Below, piece after piece: positions 48,137-57,886 of a stretch of 64,000 nucleotides of DNA (position 1 is the stretch's first letter; each line of letters starts with the position of its first letter). This DNA comes from Myxococcota bacterium (GTDB taxonomy: Bacteria; Myxococcota_A; UBA9160; UBA6930). The notes beneath the pieces were generated by a model, which saw only the letters and a program-made list of their open reading frames with translations, did no database searches and was not told the DNA's origin. Made by a program: the position numbers and the translations under genes. The stretch spans positions 3,168,001 through 3,232,000 of the forward strand of contig OZ245002.1 of assembly GCA_965223415.1 (NCBI GenBank), in the 5' to 3' direction.

Positions 48137-49362
48137 TGCGCCCGGCTTCGCTCGTAGCGCGCCCGCTGGAAGGTCGGGCAAGGCGAATCCGGGATCTCGT
48201 CCAGCGGCACCTTCACCATCTCCGGGGTGATGGCCACCTTCGCTGCGGCCGGGCGGAGTGCGTCGAGATCGAAGCCGTAGAGCTTCGCCGCGTTCTCGCC
48301 GAGCATCATCCGCACCTCCGCCTCGTCGACCTCCGAGAACGCCAGGCGCATGTTCTCGCGGGAGTGCGGGTAGCAGCCTTCGTAGTGCGGGTAGTCGTTG
48401 CCCCACAGGATGTGGTCCACGCCGACGACCTCCCGGCCGGCGATGTCCTGGGGCGAGGGGAAGGAGGCGCCGTACCAGCAGTTGCGCTTCGCGTAGAAGC
48501 TCGGCGGCTCCTCGAGGGCCTTCGACCGGGAGTAGTCCACCTCGCCCATCATGCCCATCTTCATCCCCATGTGGATCCCGTCCATGCGGCGTAGCAGCCC
48601 CGGCGCCCAGGAGCAGCCACTCTCGGTCAGGATGAAGCGCAGCTTCGGGAAGCGCTCGAAGACACCCCCCAGGATCAGCTGGGTGAAGCCGCGCTGGACC
48701 ATGAAGGGCATCTCCAGCACCCACAGGGCATCTCCGCCGGGATCGGTGCCGTAGTTCGGGGTGCCCTGGCCCGAGTGCTGGTTGACGACGAGATCGCAGT
48801 CCTGGATCGCCGCCCAGAGCCGGTCGTAGGTCGGGGAGTAGAGGGGCGGGAGATGGATGTCGTCCAGGGCGGGGAGTGGAAGCAGCACGCCGCCGCGGAG
48901 GCCGTGCCTTGCGATCCACTCCACGTCCGCCACCGCCTCGTCCACGTCATTCAGGTGGATCAGGCCGATGCCCGCTCGCGTCTTCGGCGCTTCGGCGCAG
49001 AACTCGGCGAGCCAGCGGTTGTGGGCGCGGGTGCCGGCGAGCCAGCGGGGGAAGTCCTCCGGCTTTGCCGTCGGCGAGACGTGGTAGGCCTTGCGGTAGA
49101 AGGGGGGCACCGTATTCGGGAAGATCACCTCGGCGACCACGCCGTCGGATTCGAGGTCCGCGGCCCGCTCTCCCGAGTCCCAGTTCTTCGTCTTCTTGCC
49201 GCCCAGGTGCTTCTTCGACGGGTTCCGGTAGGCGCTTCGCCACTCGTCGAAGGCCCCGCGCTCGGCCGGGTCCAGATAGTTCCGGTACATGTCGAGGGAG
49301 GCGCCGGCGTGGGTGTCGCCGGTGATGACGATGTAGGGCTGGGCGGGGTCGGTAGGGCTCAT
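48133..49362 (-). CDS. Amidohydrolase family protein (amidohydro_2)
   Basis: DTHAG, EVIFP, AHNRWLAEFC, VFERFPKL..ESG, WGNDYPHYEG. Confidence 0.9.
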   Translation of the reverse strand: MSPTDPAQPYIVITGDTHAGASLDMYRNYLDPAERGAFDEWRSAYRNPSKKHLGGKKTKNWDSGERAADLESDGVVAEVIFPNTVPPFYRKAYHVSPTAKPEDFPRWLAGTRAHNRWLAEFCAEAPKTRAGIGLIHLNDVDEAVADVEWIARHGLRGGVLLPLPALDDIHLPPLYSPTYDRLWAAIQDCDLVVNQHSGQGTPNYGTDPGGDALWVLEMPFMVQRGFTQLILGGVFERFPKLRFILTESGCSWAPGLLRRMDGIHMGMKMGMMGEVDYSRSKALEEPPSFYAKRNCWYGASFPSPQDIAGREVVGVDHILWGNDYPHYEGCYPHSRENMRLAFSEVDEAEVRMMLGENAAKLYGFDLDALRPAAAKVAITPEMVKVPLDEIPDSPCPTFQRARYERSRAQ

Positions 49363-49450
49363 GGGTGGAAGGTACAACCGGCTCGTCCCCCACGCGAAGG
49401 TCGCCGGCGGGGTTCAAGGGCACGCACTCGTTCGCCGACAGGGGGACTCG

Positions 49451-50008
49451 ATGAAGCGCGAGATGAAGGGCATCGTCGTCGTGGGCGCCGTGAAGGCGCT
49501 CCGCCGCTGGCTGCGGGGGCAGACGCCCGAGCCGGAGCTGGGCCTTTCTCCCGAGGCCCGGCTGCTCCTCCGGAGCCGCGAGATCCTGCCGAGCTCCTGG
49601 TACCCCTACGGGGCCTACCTCGAGCTCATGACCGTGGCCCACGAGGAGATGCTGGGCGGGGACGACGAGGCGTTCCGCGAGTTCGTCGCGGCGGGTACCC
49701 CGATCGTCTACGGCGGCGCCCACCGCATCCTGATCCACGACGGGGACCCGGGGCGGACGCTGCGCCAGGTCGGCTCCCTGTGGAAGACCTGCCATTCCTT
49801 CGGCGATCCCCGCGCGGAAGTCGCGGACGGGAAGGCCATCGTCCACTTCGAGGAGGTCGAGGGGATGACCCGGCTCGAGGGTCTCGTGAACGCGGCCTGG
49901 GTGGCCGGCGCCGTGGAGATGGCCGGTGGCGCGGACGTCCGCTGGTCGTGGCTCGAGGAGCCCTGGGCGGGCGGCGCGGAGCTGCGCGTCCTCTACCGCT
50001 GGCGCTGA
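49451..50008 (+). CDS. Hypothetical protein, DUF2378/V4R-like
   Basis: KG..., ILPSSWYP, W.AGAVEMAG, C-terminal YRW. Confidence 0.55.
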   Translation: MKREMKGIVVVGAVKALRRWLRGQTPEPELGLSPEARLLLRSREILPSSWYPYGAYLELMTVAHEEMLGGDDEAFREFVAAGTPIVYGGAHRILIHDGDPGRTLRQVGSLWKTCHSFGDPRAEVADGKAIVHFEEVEGMTRLEGLVNAAWVAGAVEMAGGADVRWSWLEEPWAGGAELRVLYRWR

Positions 50009-50075
50009 CCGGGCCCGCTCGACGGCCCGTGGCGGATGACACAGACTGTGTCCCGCACGTCACGAGGAGTCCGCC

Positions 50076-51281
50076 GTGTCCGATGCCCAGCTCACCGCTC
50101 CGGAGCGCGAGTTCCACGAGTACGCCCGCCGCTGGCTGGCCGAGAACGCGCCGCCGCCGCCGCCGGAGCGCCTGCCGATCATGCCCATCGAGGTGATGAC
50201 CACAGTCCAGCGCGATTACCTCGTCGACTGGCAGCGCAAGTGCTACGACGCGGGGCTTATCGGCGCCGACGTGCCGAGCGAGTACGGAGGCGGCGGCCAC
50301 GAGGGTTTCCAGCGCATCGCCAACCAGGAGATGGCGCGCGCGGGCACGCCGTTCATGATCAACATCGTGGCCCTGAACATGGCGGTGCCGACGATCCTCG
50401 TGCACGGCACCGAGGAGCAGAAGAAGCGCTTCGTCCGTCCGGCGCTGCGCGGCGACGAGATCTGGTGTCAGGGCTTCAGCGAGCCCGGAGCCGGCTCCGA
50501 CTTGGCGAACCAGCAGACCACCGCCGAACGCCGCGGCGGTGGCTGGATCGTGAACGGTCACAAGGTCTGGACCAGCCTCGGCCATTTCGCCCAGTGGATG
50601 ATCCTGCTCGCCCGCACCAGTCGGGAGCACAAGTACGACGGAATCACCTACTTCCTCTGCCCCATCGAAGGACAGCCGGGTGTGACGGTGCGGCCGTTGG
50701 TCAAGATGACCGGCGAGAGTGGCTTCAACGAGGTGCTCTTCGAGGACGTGGAGGTCGCCGACAGCCTGCGCCTTGACGACGTGGGGAAGGGCTGGACGGT
50801 TGCGATGACGACCCTCACTTACGAGCGCGGTGCCGCCGAGAGCGCCGGCGGTGGGGGCGGCGAACGCAAGCCCCAGGTGCAGCGTCTGATCGAGCTGGCT
50901 CAGGAGAGCTTCCGCGGGGGCGTGCGGGCCAGCGATGATCCGTTCATCCGGGACGCGCTGGTCGAGCGGGCGATCGTCGCCGAGGGCATGCGGCAGAACG
51001 CGCGGCGGGCCCGGGTGCCGGCGCTCTGCGACCACCCGATGCGGCTGCCGCTCCAGTCGAAGGTGACAGGCTCCGAGTTCGCCCAGCAGAATGCGCGGCT
51101 GGGCACCCTGATCGCGGGCGCGCGGTCGACCCTCTACAAGCTCGATCCGAACGCGCCGGACGCGGGGCACTGGCCGCTCGCCTACATGAACTCCTACGGG
51201 CACACGATCGCCGCCGGCACGAACGAGATCCAGCGCAACATCCTGGGCGAGCGGGTGCTCGGCCTGGCGAAGTCGAAGTAG
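50076..51281 (+). CDS. Acyl-CoA dehydrogenase (catalytic subunit type)
   Basis: WCQGFSEPGAGSDLA, NGHKVWTS, FNEVLF, TLTYER, TIAAGTNEIQRN. Confidence 0.93.
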   Translation: MSDAQLTAPEREFHEYARRWLAENAPPPPPERLPIMPIEVMTTVQRDYLVDWQRKCYDAGLIGADVPSEYGGGGHEGFQRIANQEMARAGTPFMINIVALNMAVPTILVHGTEEQKKRFVRPALRGDEIWCQGFSEPGAGSDLANQQTTAERRGGGWIVNGHKVWTSLGHFAQWMILLARTSREHKYDGITYFLCPIEGQPGVTVRPLVKMTGESGFNEVLFEDVEVADSLRLDDVGKGWTVAMTTLTYERGAAESAGGGGGERKPQVQRLIELAQESFRGGVRASDDPFIRDALVERAIVAEGMRQNARRARVPALCDHPMRLPLQSKVTGSEFAQQNARLGTLIAGARSTLYKLDPNAPDAGHWPLAYMNSYGHTIAAGTNEIQRNILGERVLGLAKSK

Positions 51282-51291
51282 GGAGGCGGGG

Positions 51292-52452
51292 ATGGCGCAT
51301 CCGAGGGATTTCGGCTTCGGCGAAGACGAGGCGCTCCTCCGCGACCTGGCGAAGAAGTTCCTGGACGAGCAGCTCCCCGTGGAGAAGCTGCGGGAGCTCG
51401 TGGCGGCGGATCCGGAGGCGGTCTACGAGCGCGGCGAGCCGACGCGCTGGGACGAGGGCCTGTGGAAGCAGATCGTGGAGCTCGGGTGGACGGGCCTCGC
51501 CGTGCCCGAGGAGGCCGGCGGCGCGGGCTTCAAGACCGCCGGCATCGCCGGGCTGGTGGAGGAGGTCGGGCGTCACGCGCTACCCGCGCCCCTGGTGGCC
51601 ACGTTGAACGCGACCTTCGTGCTCCGGGAAGGGGATGCGGGGGCGGCGGCGCCCTGGCTCGCGCGCATCGCCGACGGCGCGGCCGCGACCCTCGCGACGA
51701 CGGACGCCCGCGGCAGCTTCTCGCCGTGCGATACGGACGTGGAGGCGCGGGCCGAGGGCGACGAGCTCGTGCTCTCGGGCGGGGCCTGCTTCGTGCAGGA
51801 CGCCCGGAAGGCGGAGCTGTACGTGGTGAGTGCGCGCCGCGGCGAGGATCGGCTGCTGTGCGTGGTGCCCGCCGGGAGCGGCGGCCTGTCCCTGGTTCCG
51901 GACCACATCCACGACCTGACCCGCGACCAGGCGCGCCTCGTCTTCGAGAAGGTGCGCATTCCGGCGGCCGACGTCGTGAGCGAGGACGCCGTGGGCGCCC
52001 TCACCCGGGCGTGGCCCGCCGTGCTCGTCACCGTCGCCGCGGACCTCTGTGGTACGAGCGAGTGGCAGCTCCAGACGACGGTGGAGTACGCCCGCAACCG
52101 CAAGCAGTTCGAACGCCCCCTGGGCTTCTTCCAGGCCGTCAAGCACCCGCTGGTCGACGTCATGATCGCCACGGACCGGGCCCGCTCGCTGCTCTACCAC
52201 GCGGCCTGCTGCATCGACGAGGGCGACCCGGACGCCGAGACGGCCGCCCGCATGGCCAAGAGCGCCGCCTCCGATGCCGGCGCCTACGCCTCGGACCGCT
52301 CGGTCCAGCTCCACGGCGGGATCGGCTTCACCTGGGAGTGCGACGTCCACCTCTTCTTCAAGCGCAGCATGCACAACCAGGCCCTCTACGGCGACGCCCC
52401 CCACCAGCGCCGCCTCCTCGCCGACACCCTTGTCCGAGCGCAGCAGGCGTGA
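51292..52452 (+). CDS. Acyl-CoA dehydrogenase (partner subunit type)
   Basis: RKQFERPLGFFQAVKH, QLHGGIGFTWE. Confidence 0.92.
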   Translation: MAHPRDFGFGEDEALLRDLAKKFLDEQLPVEKLRELVAADPEAVYERGEPTRWDEGLWKQIVELGWTGLAVPEEAGGAGFKTAGIAGLVEEVGRHALPAPLVATLNATFVLREGDAGAAAPWLARIADGAAATLATTDARGSFSPCDTDVEARAEGDELVLSGGACFVQDARKAELYVVSARRGEDRLLCVVPAGSGGLSLVPDHIHDLTRDQARLVFEKVRIPAADVVSEDAVGALTRAWPAVLVTVAADLCGTSEWQLQTTVEYARNRKQFERPLGFFQAVKHPLVDVMIATDRARSLLYHAACCIDEGDPDAETAARMAKSAASDAGAYASDRSVQLHGGIGFTWECDVHLFFKRSMHNQALYGDAPHQRRLLADTLVRAQQA

Positions 52453-52473
52453 TGCTCCCAGGATGCGCCACCC

Positions 52474-52513
52474 GTGTTGCGTTCAGGAGCGGTCCCGGTG
52501 TTGCGTTCGGAGC
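52474..52513. repeat. Short direct repeat GTGTTGCGTTC(A)GGAGC x2
   Basis: Copies at 52474-52490 and 52498-52513. Confidence 0.6.
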
Positions 52514-53103
52514 TGCCAGGTGAGGGCGAGGACGAGCAGGACGAGGGCGACGACGAGACGCGGATCCCCGAGCTGGAACCAGGGATCGAGGGGGTAGGCG
52601 ATGGTCTTGGCCATGGCGGCGATCTTGAAGTCGTGGATACCGCTCGGGCCGACGGCGACGGCCTGCTCCATGAGGTCGCGACGGCTGCGGTAGCGGACGA
52701 GGCCGCCGGTGGTCCACTCCTCGGCGCCCTCGATGCCCCACACGTCGATCGCCGGGGCGGCGGCGGTTCCCAGCATGACCGGGTGCGCCGCGCTGCGCAG
52801 GGCCCGGCCCAGGAAGGGCTCGGTGTACCTGCTCAGCACGTCCTCGGAGGTGTCACCGGGCTCGACTCCGGAAACCTGCCTCGGCACGTCGTGGAGCTCG
52901 ATCGCGTTCAGCATGACGAAGTCGTCGCCGGTGTCCGTCTCCATGAAGCCCCGCCAGCGCGCGACGTCTTCCGGCTCCGCGCCTCGCTCCTCGAGGGTGG
53001 CGACGAACTGCTGGATCTCCTCGGCCGTGAGCGGCCCGCCGAACGAGGTGTACCAGCCGAAGAAGACGACGTAGACGAAGGCGAGGAAGATCCACACGCG
53101 CAT
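52483..53103 (-). CDS. Membrane-anchored hypothetical protein (DUF1330-like core)
   Basis: N- and C-terminal TM; VMLN, LVRYRSRRD. Confidence 0.7.
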   Translation of the reverse strand: MRVWIFLAFVYVVFFGWYTSFGGPLTAEEIQQFVATLEERGAEPEDVARWRGFMETDTGDDFVMLNAIELHDVPRQVSGVEPGDTSEDVLSRYTEPFLGRALRSAAHPVMLGTAAAPAIDVWGIEGAEEWTTGGLVRYRSRRDLMEQAVAVGPSGIHDFKIAAMAKTIAYPLDPWFQLGDPRLVVALVLLVLALTWQLRTQHRDRS

Positions 53104-53114
53104 GGGGTCTCCTG

Positions 53115-53887
53115 TCAGAGGGAGAGCGGAAGCTCCAGGTGGTCTGCGTAGATCCGGTCCCGATGCTCGAGGAGGATCGGGTCGAGGACGGCGGCGGTGG
53201 CCTCGTCGAGGCTCTCGAAGGCCGGGCGCATGGCTTCGGCCATCGGGCAGTGCTCCGGCGGCAGCGGACGGAAGAGCGCCATGAAGGTCGCGCTGTAGAT
53301 GTCGACGGCCGAGAGATCGCGGCCGAGGTAGTAGCCGGAGCCCGCTTCGCCCTGGGCTCGGAGCCGCCCGGCGAGCAAGCCGAGAATCTCCACCACTCGC
53401 TCCGCGGTCCGCTCCGCCTCCTCGGCCGGTAGTCGTACTTCTCGCCCAGGTATCGGGCGACCGGCTTCGGGAAGCCGGCCCCTCCGGCCAGGCCCGCGTG
53501 CACGCCCTGGTTCCGGCGGCACCATCCCAGGCCCATCTCTCCGCAGATCTCGTGGGCGAGGCCCATGGCCAGGGCCCGCTCGCCCGGATCCGCCGGCAGC
53601 AGGGCCGGCTCCGGAGCCAGCCGCTCGGCCACCAGCAGGATCTCCGCCCAGCCGCTCCGCGGCGCCTCCTGCTCGTAGATCGCCACGGGCCCACTCCGCT
53701 GGCCGCCGGTCCACTCGGCCATGGCGTCGCTCCCCTGGTCGAGCCGCACGGCGACCCAGGGAATGCGCTTCACGTGGAGGATGCCCTTGGCGGCCTCGCC
53801 CCAGGGGCTCGGCACGCCCGGGACCACCACCATGCGCAGCCCGCTCCGTCCCCGGGCCTCCTCCAGATCGACGGTCTCGAACGGCAT
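53115..53887 (-). pseudogene. GST-like protein split by a 1-bp frameshift near 53425
   Basis: N-half ([24 protein letters not shown]) and C-half ([24 protein letters not shown]) lie in different frames. Confidence 0.75.
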
Positions 53888-54193
53888 CCGGCGCTCCTCC
53901 GGTCCTCGCAGATGAAGTGGCATGGATTATGCCAAATTCTGACCGACTCCGAATCGCCCCGGCCCGAAAAAGGCCGGGCTTCCCCCTACCGCTGTGGGCC
54001 AGACGTGTCAGGATCTGCCCATCGGCAGCCAGCCGTTTCGCCGCGGGACGCACGGTCCAGAAGGCGGGTCACCGCCCGGCACTTCAGGGCCACCCACCCG
54101 GACGAGCCAAGAGCTCTCTCCGGGCCGCCCGCAGGCCGCGGCCCGGCTTTCGACCCCTATTCATCGCCATCGCACAGCACCAACGAGGACCCC

Positions 54194-55996
54194 ATGAGCT
54201 CCGACGCGCCTACGTCTCACTCCCGCCTCCTCGCCTGGGTCGACGAGATCGCCGCCCTGACCCGCCCGGACGCCGTCCGCTGGTGCGACGGATCCCAGGC
54301 CGAATACGACGAGATGTTCGAGCTGATGCTGGCCAGCGGAACGGCGGAGCGCCTCGACGAGGCCAAGCGCCCCGGTAGCTACCTCGTGCTCTCGGATCCG
54401 GCGGACGTGGCCCGGGTCGAGGATCGCACCTTCATCTGCTGCGAGAAGGAAGAGGACGCAGGCCCGAACAACAACTGGTGCGACCCGGCGGAGATGAAGG
54501 CGACCCTCAAGGGCCTCTTCGAGGGCTCGATGCGCGGCCGCACCCTCTACGTGATCCCCTTCTCGATGGGGCCGATCGGCTCCCCCATCGCCCACATCGG
54601 CGTCCAGCTCTCGGACTCCCCCTACGTGGTGGCGAACATGCGCATCATGACGCGCATGGGCGCGAAGGTCCTCGATGCCCTGGGCGACGACGGCGCCTTC
54701 GTGCCTTGCCTCCATTCGGTTGGCCATCCCCTCGAGCCCGGTCAGGCCGACGTGGCCTGGCCCTGTGACGGCGAGAACAAGTACATCGTCCACTTCCCCG
54801 AGACGCGGGAGATCTGGAGCTACGGCTCCGGCTACGGCGGCAACGCGCTCCTCGGCAAGAAGTGCTTCGCCCTGCGCATCGCCAGCACCATGGCCCGGGA
54901 CGAGGGCTGGATGGCCGAGCACATGCTCATCCTGAAGCTCACCTCGCCCGAGAGCGAGGTCCGCTACGTGGCCGCCGCCTTCCCGAGCGCCTGCGGCAAG
55001 ACGAACCTGGCGATGCTGGAGCCGACGATCCCCGGCTGGCAGGTCGAGTGTGTCGGTGACGACATCGCCTGGATGAAGTTCGGCGACGACGGTCAGCTCT
55101 ACGCGATCAACCCCGAGGCGGGCTTCTTCGGCGTGGCGCCGGGTACGAGCATGCAGTCGAACCCGAACGCCATGCGCAGCTTGGACCAGAACTGCATCTT
55201 CACGAACGTCGCGAAGACCGACGACGGCGACATCTGGTGGGAGCAGATGGGCGACGCGCCGGCCCACCTGACGGACTGGCGCGGCAACGATTGGACGCCG
55301 GACAGCGACACGCCGGCCTCCCACCCGAACGCCCGCTTCACGGCGCCCGCGAGCCAGTGTCCGGTGATCGCGCCCGAGTGGGAGGACCCGAAGGGCGTGC
55401 CGATCAGCGCGATCCTCTTCGGCGGTCGCCGCGCCACCGTCGTGCCCCTCGTGCACGAGGCCCGCGACTGGCAGCATGGCACCTTCCTCGGCTCGATCAT
55501 CTCCAGCGAGAAGACCGCCGCCGCCGCCGGCAAGGTCGGCGAGCTGCGCCGCGACCCGATGGCCATGCTTCCCTTCTGCGGATACAACATGGCCGATTAC
55601 TGGAGCCACTGGCTCGAGATCGGCCGTCACGCCGGCGCCCAGCTGCCGCGCATCTACTACGTGAACTGGTTCCGCAAGAGCGAGGGCGGCGATTTCCTCT
55701 GGCCCGGCTTCGGCGACAACGGCCGCGTCCTCAAGTGGATCTTCGAGCGAACCACCGGGAAGGTGGACGGCCTGGAGACTCCGATCGGCACCGTGCCCGC
55801 ACCGGGCGAGCTCGATCTCGGGGATCTCGTCATCGACGACGATGACGTCGCCGAGCTGCTCACCGTGGACGCGGCCGGCTGGCTCGCGGAGATCCCGCTC
55901 ATTCGCGACTACTACCAGCAGTTCGGGAACCGGCTGCCCAAGGAGCTGGAAGACGAGCTGGCCGCCCTCGAGCAGCGCCTCCGCGCCGCCCAGTAG
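54194..55996 (+). CDS. pckG: Phosphoenolpyruvate carboxykinase (GTP)
   Basis: [58 protein letters not shown]. Confidence 0.97.
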   Translation: MSSDAPTSHSRLLAWVDEIAALTRPDAVRWCDGSQAEYDEMFELMLASGTAERLDEAKRPGSYLVLSDPADVARVEDRTFICCEKEEDAGPNNNWCDPAEMKATLKGLFEGSMRGRTLYVIPFSMGPIGSPIAHIGVQLSDSPYVVANMRIMTRMGAKVLDALGDDGAFVPCLHSVGHPLEPGQADVAWPCDGENKYIVHFPETREIWSYGSGYGGNALLGKKCFALRIASTMARDEGWMAEHMLILKLTSPESEVRYVAAAFPSACGKTNLAMLEPTIPGWQVECVGDDIAWMKFGDDGQLYAINPEAGFFGVAPGTSMQSNPNAMRSLDQNCIFTNVAKTDDGDIWWEQMGDAPAHLTDWRGNDWTPDSDTPASHPNARFTAPASQCPVIAPEWEDPKGVPISAILFGGRRATVVPLVHEARDWQHGTFLGSIISSEKTAAAAGKVGELRRDPMAMLPFCGYNMADYWSHWLEIGRHAGAQLPRIYYVNWFRKSEGGDFLWPGFGDNGRVLKWIFERTTGKVDGLETPIGTVPAPGELDLGDLVIDDDDVAELLTVDAAGWLAEIPLIRDYYQQFGNRLPKELEDELAALEQRLRAAQ

Positions 55997-56032
55997 GCAA
56001 CGCAACAAACGGAACCGGCCCCCAACGCAGCA

Positions 56033-56581
56033 TCAGGAAGGGCGTGGGTCGCCGGCTCCTGGTGCGCGGGCCGGGAGCAGGTCCTCGAGGAAGTAGGCGC
56101 AGAAGGCGCCGCGTCCGGGGAGTGACGCCTTCTGGTAGACGGCGCGGGCCTGGTGACGGACCGTGGCCTCGGTGGTGCCGCGCAGGGCCGCGATTTCCGG
56201 GTGGGAAAAGCCCTTGAGCATCAGGAGGCCCACCTCGCGTTCGGCGGCGGTGAGCTGCCAGGCCTCGAACTGCTTCTCGATCTCCTCGCCCAGGCCCGAG
56301 AGATAGCTCTGGGCACGCTCCCGCCAGGCGGCGCCTTCCGCGCGGGCGATCCGAAGATCGCGGGTGAGGGTCTCCTTCTCCTCGCGTTCGGCTGCGAAGC
56401 GGCCGGTCAACATCGTGACTCCCACCGCCGAGGCGACGATCAGTGCGGTCTGGAGCGCGTCGCCCAGCAGGTCCGGCCAGTCGAGATCCTCGTCCTCGGT
56501 CAGCACTTCGACGCTCATCAGCAGGACGAAGGCACCGACACCGAGTAGTCCCCAACGCAGCCGAATCGCTCGCTCGCTCAT
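56033..56581 (-). CDS. Membrane-anchored LuxR-type HTH regulator, copy 1
   Basis: 2 TM + coiled coil + LTAAEREVGLLMLKGFSHPEIA..TVRHQ. Confidence 0.88.
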   Translation of the reverse strand: MSERAIRLRWGLLGVGAFVLLMSVEVLTEDEDLDWPDLLGDALQTALIVASAVGVTMLTGRFAAEREEKETLTRDLRIARAEGAAWRERAQSYLSGLGEEIEKQFEAWQLTAAEREVGLLMLKGFSHPEIAALRGTTEATVRHQARAVYQKASLPGRGAFCAYFLEDLLPARAPGAGDPRPS

Positions 56582-56585
56582 CGGT

Positions 56586-57746
56586 CTATCGTGCCACAGA
56601 CCCCGCGTCGTCGTGGGAGTGCCGCCCGACGAGGAGCTGCTCGTAGCCAGCCACCGATCGGCTCGCGGAGAAGAACCGGGCGCGGCGCCGGCCCGGCTCC
56701 GGATCGTGAGGCGCAGCCAGGGCGTGCTCCAGGGCCGCGGCCAGCTGCCGGTGGCGCCCGACCGGCACGAGGGTCCCAAAGCGTCCCCGGTCGAGGATTT
56801 CCGACGGGCCCGCCGGGCAGTCCGTGCTCACGATCGGGCAGCCGGCGAGCAGGCCCTCGATCAGCACCGTCGGGAGCCCCTCGTAGACGGAGGACAGGGC
56901 GAGCACGCCGGCGCGCTGCATGTAGGCGAGGGGCGCCTTCACGTGGCCGGCCAGCGACACGTCTCCATCCAGGCCGAGCTGGCGGGCGAGGCGTTCCAGC
57001 TTCGTCCGCTGGTTGCCCTCGCCGAGCACGAGCAGCCGCGCCCGGCGCCGCCGGCGCAGCAGGGCGAAGGCGCGAAGCAGCGTGGGAAGATCCTTCTGGA
57101 CCCGGAGCGCGCTCACCGCCAGCACCACCGGGGGGGCCCCTGGCGCGAACCAGGCATGGTCGAGGGGCGCGTGGAGCTGCTTCTCGAGCTCGCCCGTGAC
57201 GACGGGGTTCGGAAGCGTGAAGACCCGCTCGGGCGAGAGACCGAGCAGCGACACCAGGTCGCAGGAAACACCCGCGGACACTCCGACCACGGCCTGGGCG
57301 CGCCGGTAGCTGGCCGGCGCCGCGAGCCGGAAGACTGGCTTCGCTCCCCGGGCAGGATGGAAGAGCGAGCTCGAGAGGTGGGTGTGCTCGCTCAGCACGA
57401 CCCGCGTGCCTCCACCCGCCCAGGCGCCCGCCCACACCGCGGCCAGGTTCGCGTACATGCCGCCGGCCAGCAGCGCCTGAGGACGGCGCTCCCTCAGGTA
57501 GGTGGCCAGGCGCGGGGTCGAGGCCGGGACGAAGCGCCGCTTGTGCCGCCGCATCCACCGGCGCCGGGTCCAGCCCGCGTCGAGCACGATCGGCGCGGCC
57601 GCGACGGGTGGCCCGTCGCCGTCCACGTGGCACGTGACCACGTCGACCTCGTGGCCCGCCGCCCGCAGCCCGTCGGCCAGGTTGAGGAACATGCGCTGCA
57701 CGGCGCCACGCCAGAGCGTGGAGGAGAAGAGGGCGATGCGGGTCAC
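56586..57746 (-). CDS. Glycosyltransferase family 4
   Basis: GAVQR, SEH, LPNPV, QKDL, SSVYEGLPTVLIE, STDCPAGPSEIL. Confidence 0.9.
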   Translation of the reverse strand: MTRIALFSSTLWRGAVQRMFLNLADGLRAAGHEVDVVTCHVDGDGPPVAAAPIVLDAGWTRRRWMRRHKRRFVPASTPRLATYLRERRPQALLAGGMYANLAAVWAGAWAGGGTRVVLSEHTHLSSSLFHPARGAKPVFRLAAPASYRRAQAVVGVSAGVSCDLVSLLGLSPERVFTLPNPVVTGELEKQLHAPLDHAWFAPGAPPVVLAVSALRVQKDLPTLLRAFALLRRRRRARLLVLGEGNQRTKLERLARQLGLDGDVSLAGHVKAPLAYMQRAGVLALSSVYEGLPTVLIEGLLAGCPIVSTDCPAGPSEILDRGRFGTLVPVGRHRQLAAALEHALAAPHDPEPGRRRARFFSASRSVAGYEQLLVGRHSHDDAGSVAR

Positions 57747-57805
57747 GGAGCTCCCCGAGTGGAGCGGGCGATGCGGGTCACGGAGCTCCCCGAGTGGAGC
57801 GGGCG
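57731..57805. repeat. Perfect 35-bp tandem duplication
   Basis: GGGCGATGCGGGTCACGGAGCTCCCCGAGTGGAGC x2 plus GGGCG. Confidence 0.9.
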
Positions 57806-57886
57806 TTGGCGGGGGAGGGGCGGGTTCTCGTTGGGTCACGGCTCTCGGGGAGCCGGAGGGATCCCGCCGCCCCTCCCCCAGAGAGG

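Noticed and set aside
54015..54095. c-di-GMP-I riboswitch (GGCA...GGGACGCA...GGCCACC)
   Set aside because: Lacks the GGCAAA, GNRA tetraloop and GCAAAG hallmarks; retained only as an unclassified structured leader
54161..56008. 615-aa ORF antisense to pckG
   Set aside because: Mirror frame of a highly codon-biased gene
57731..57805. Possible CRISPR array (35-bp repeat)
   Set aside because: Copies abut with no spacer, there are only two, and no cas genes are present
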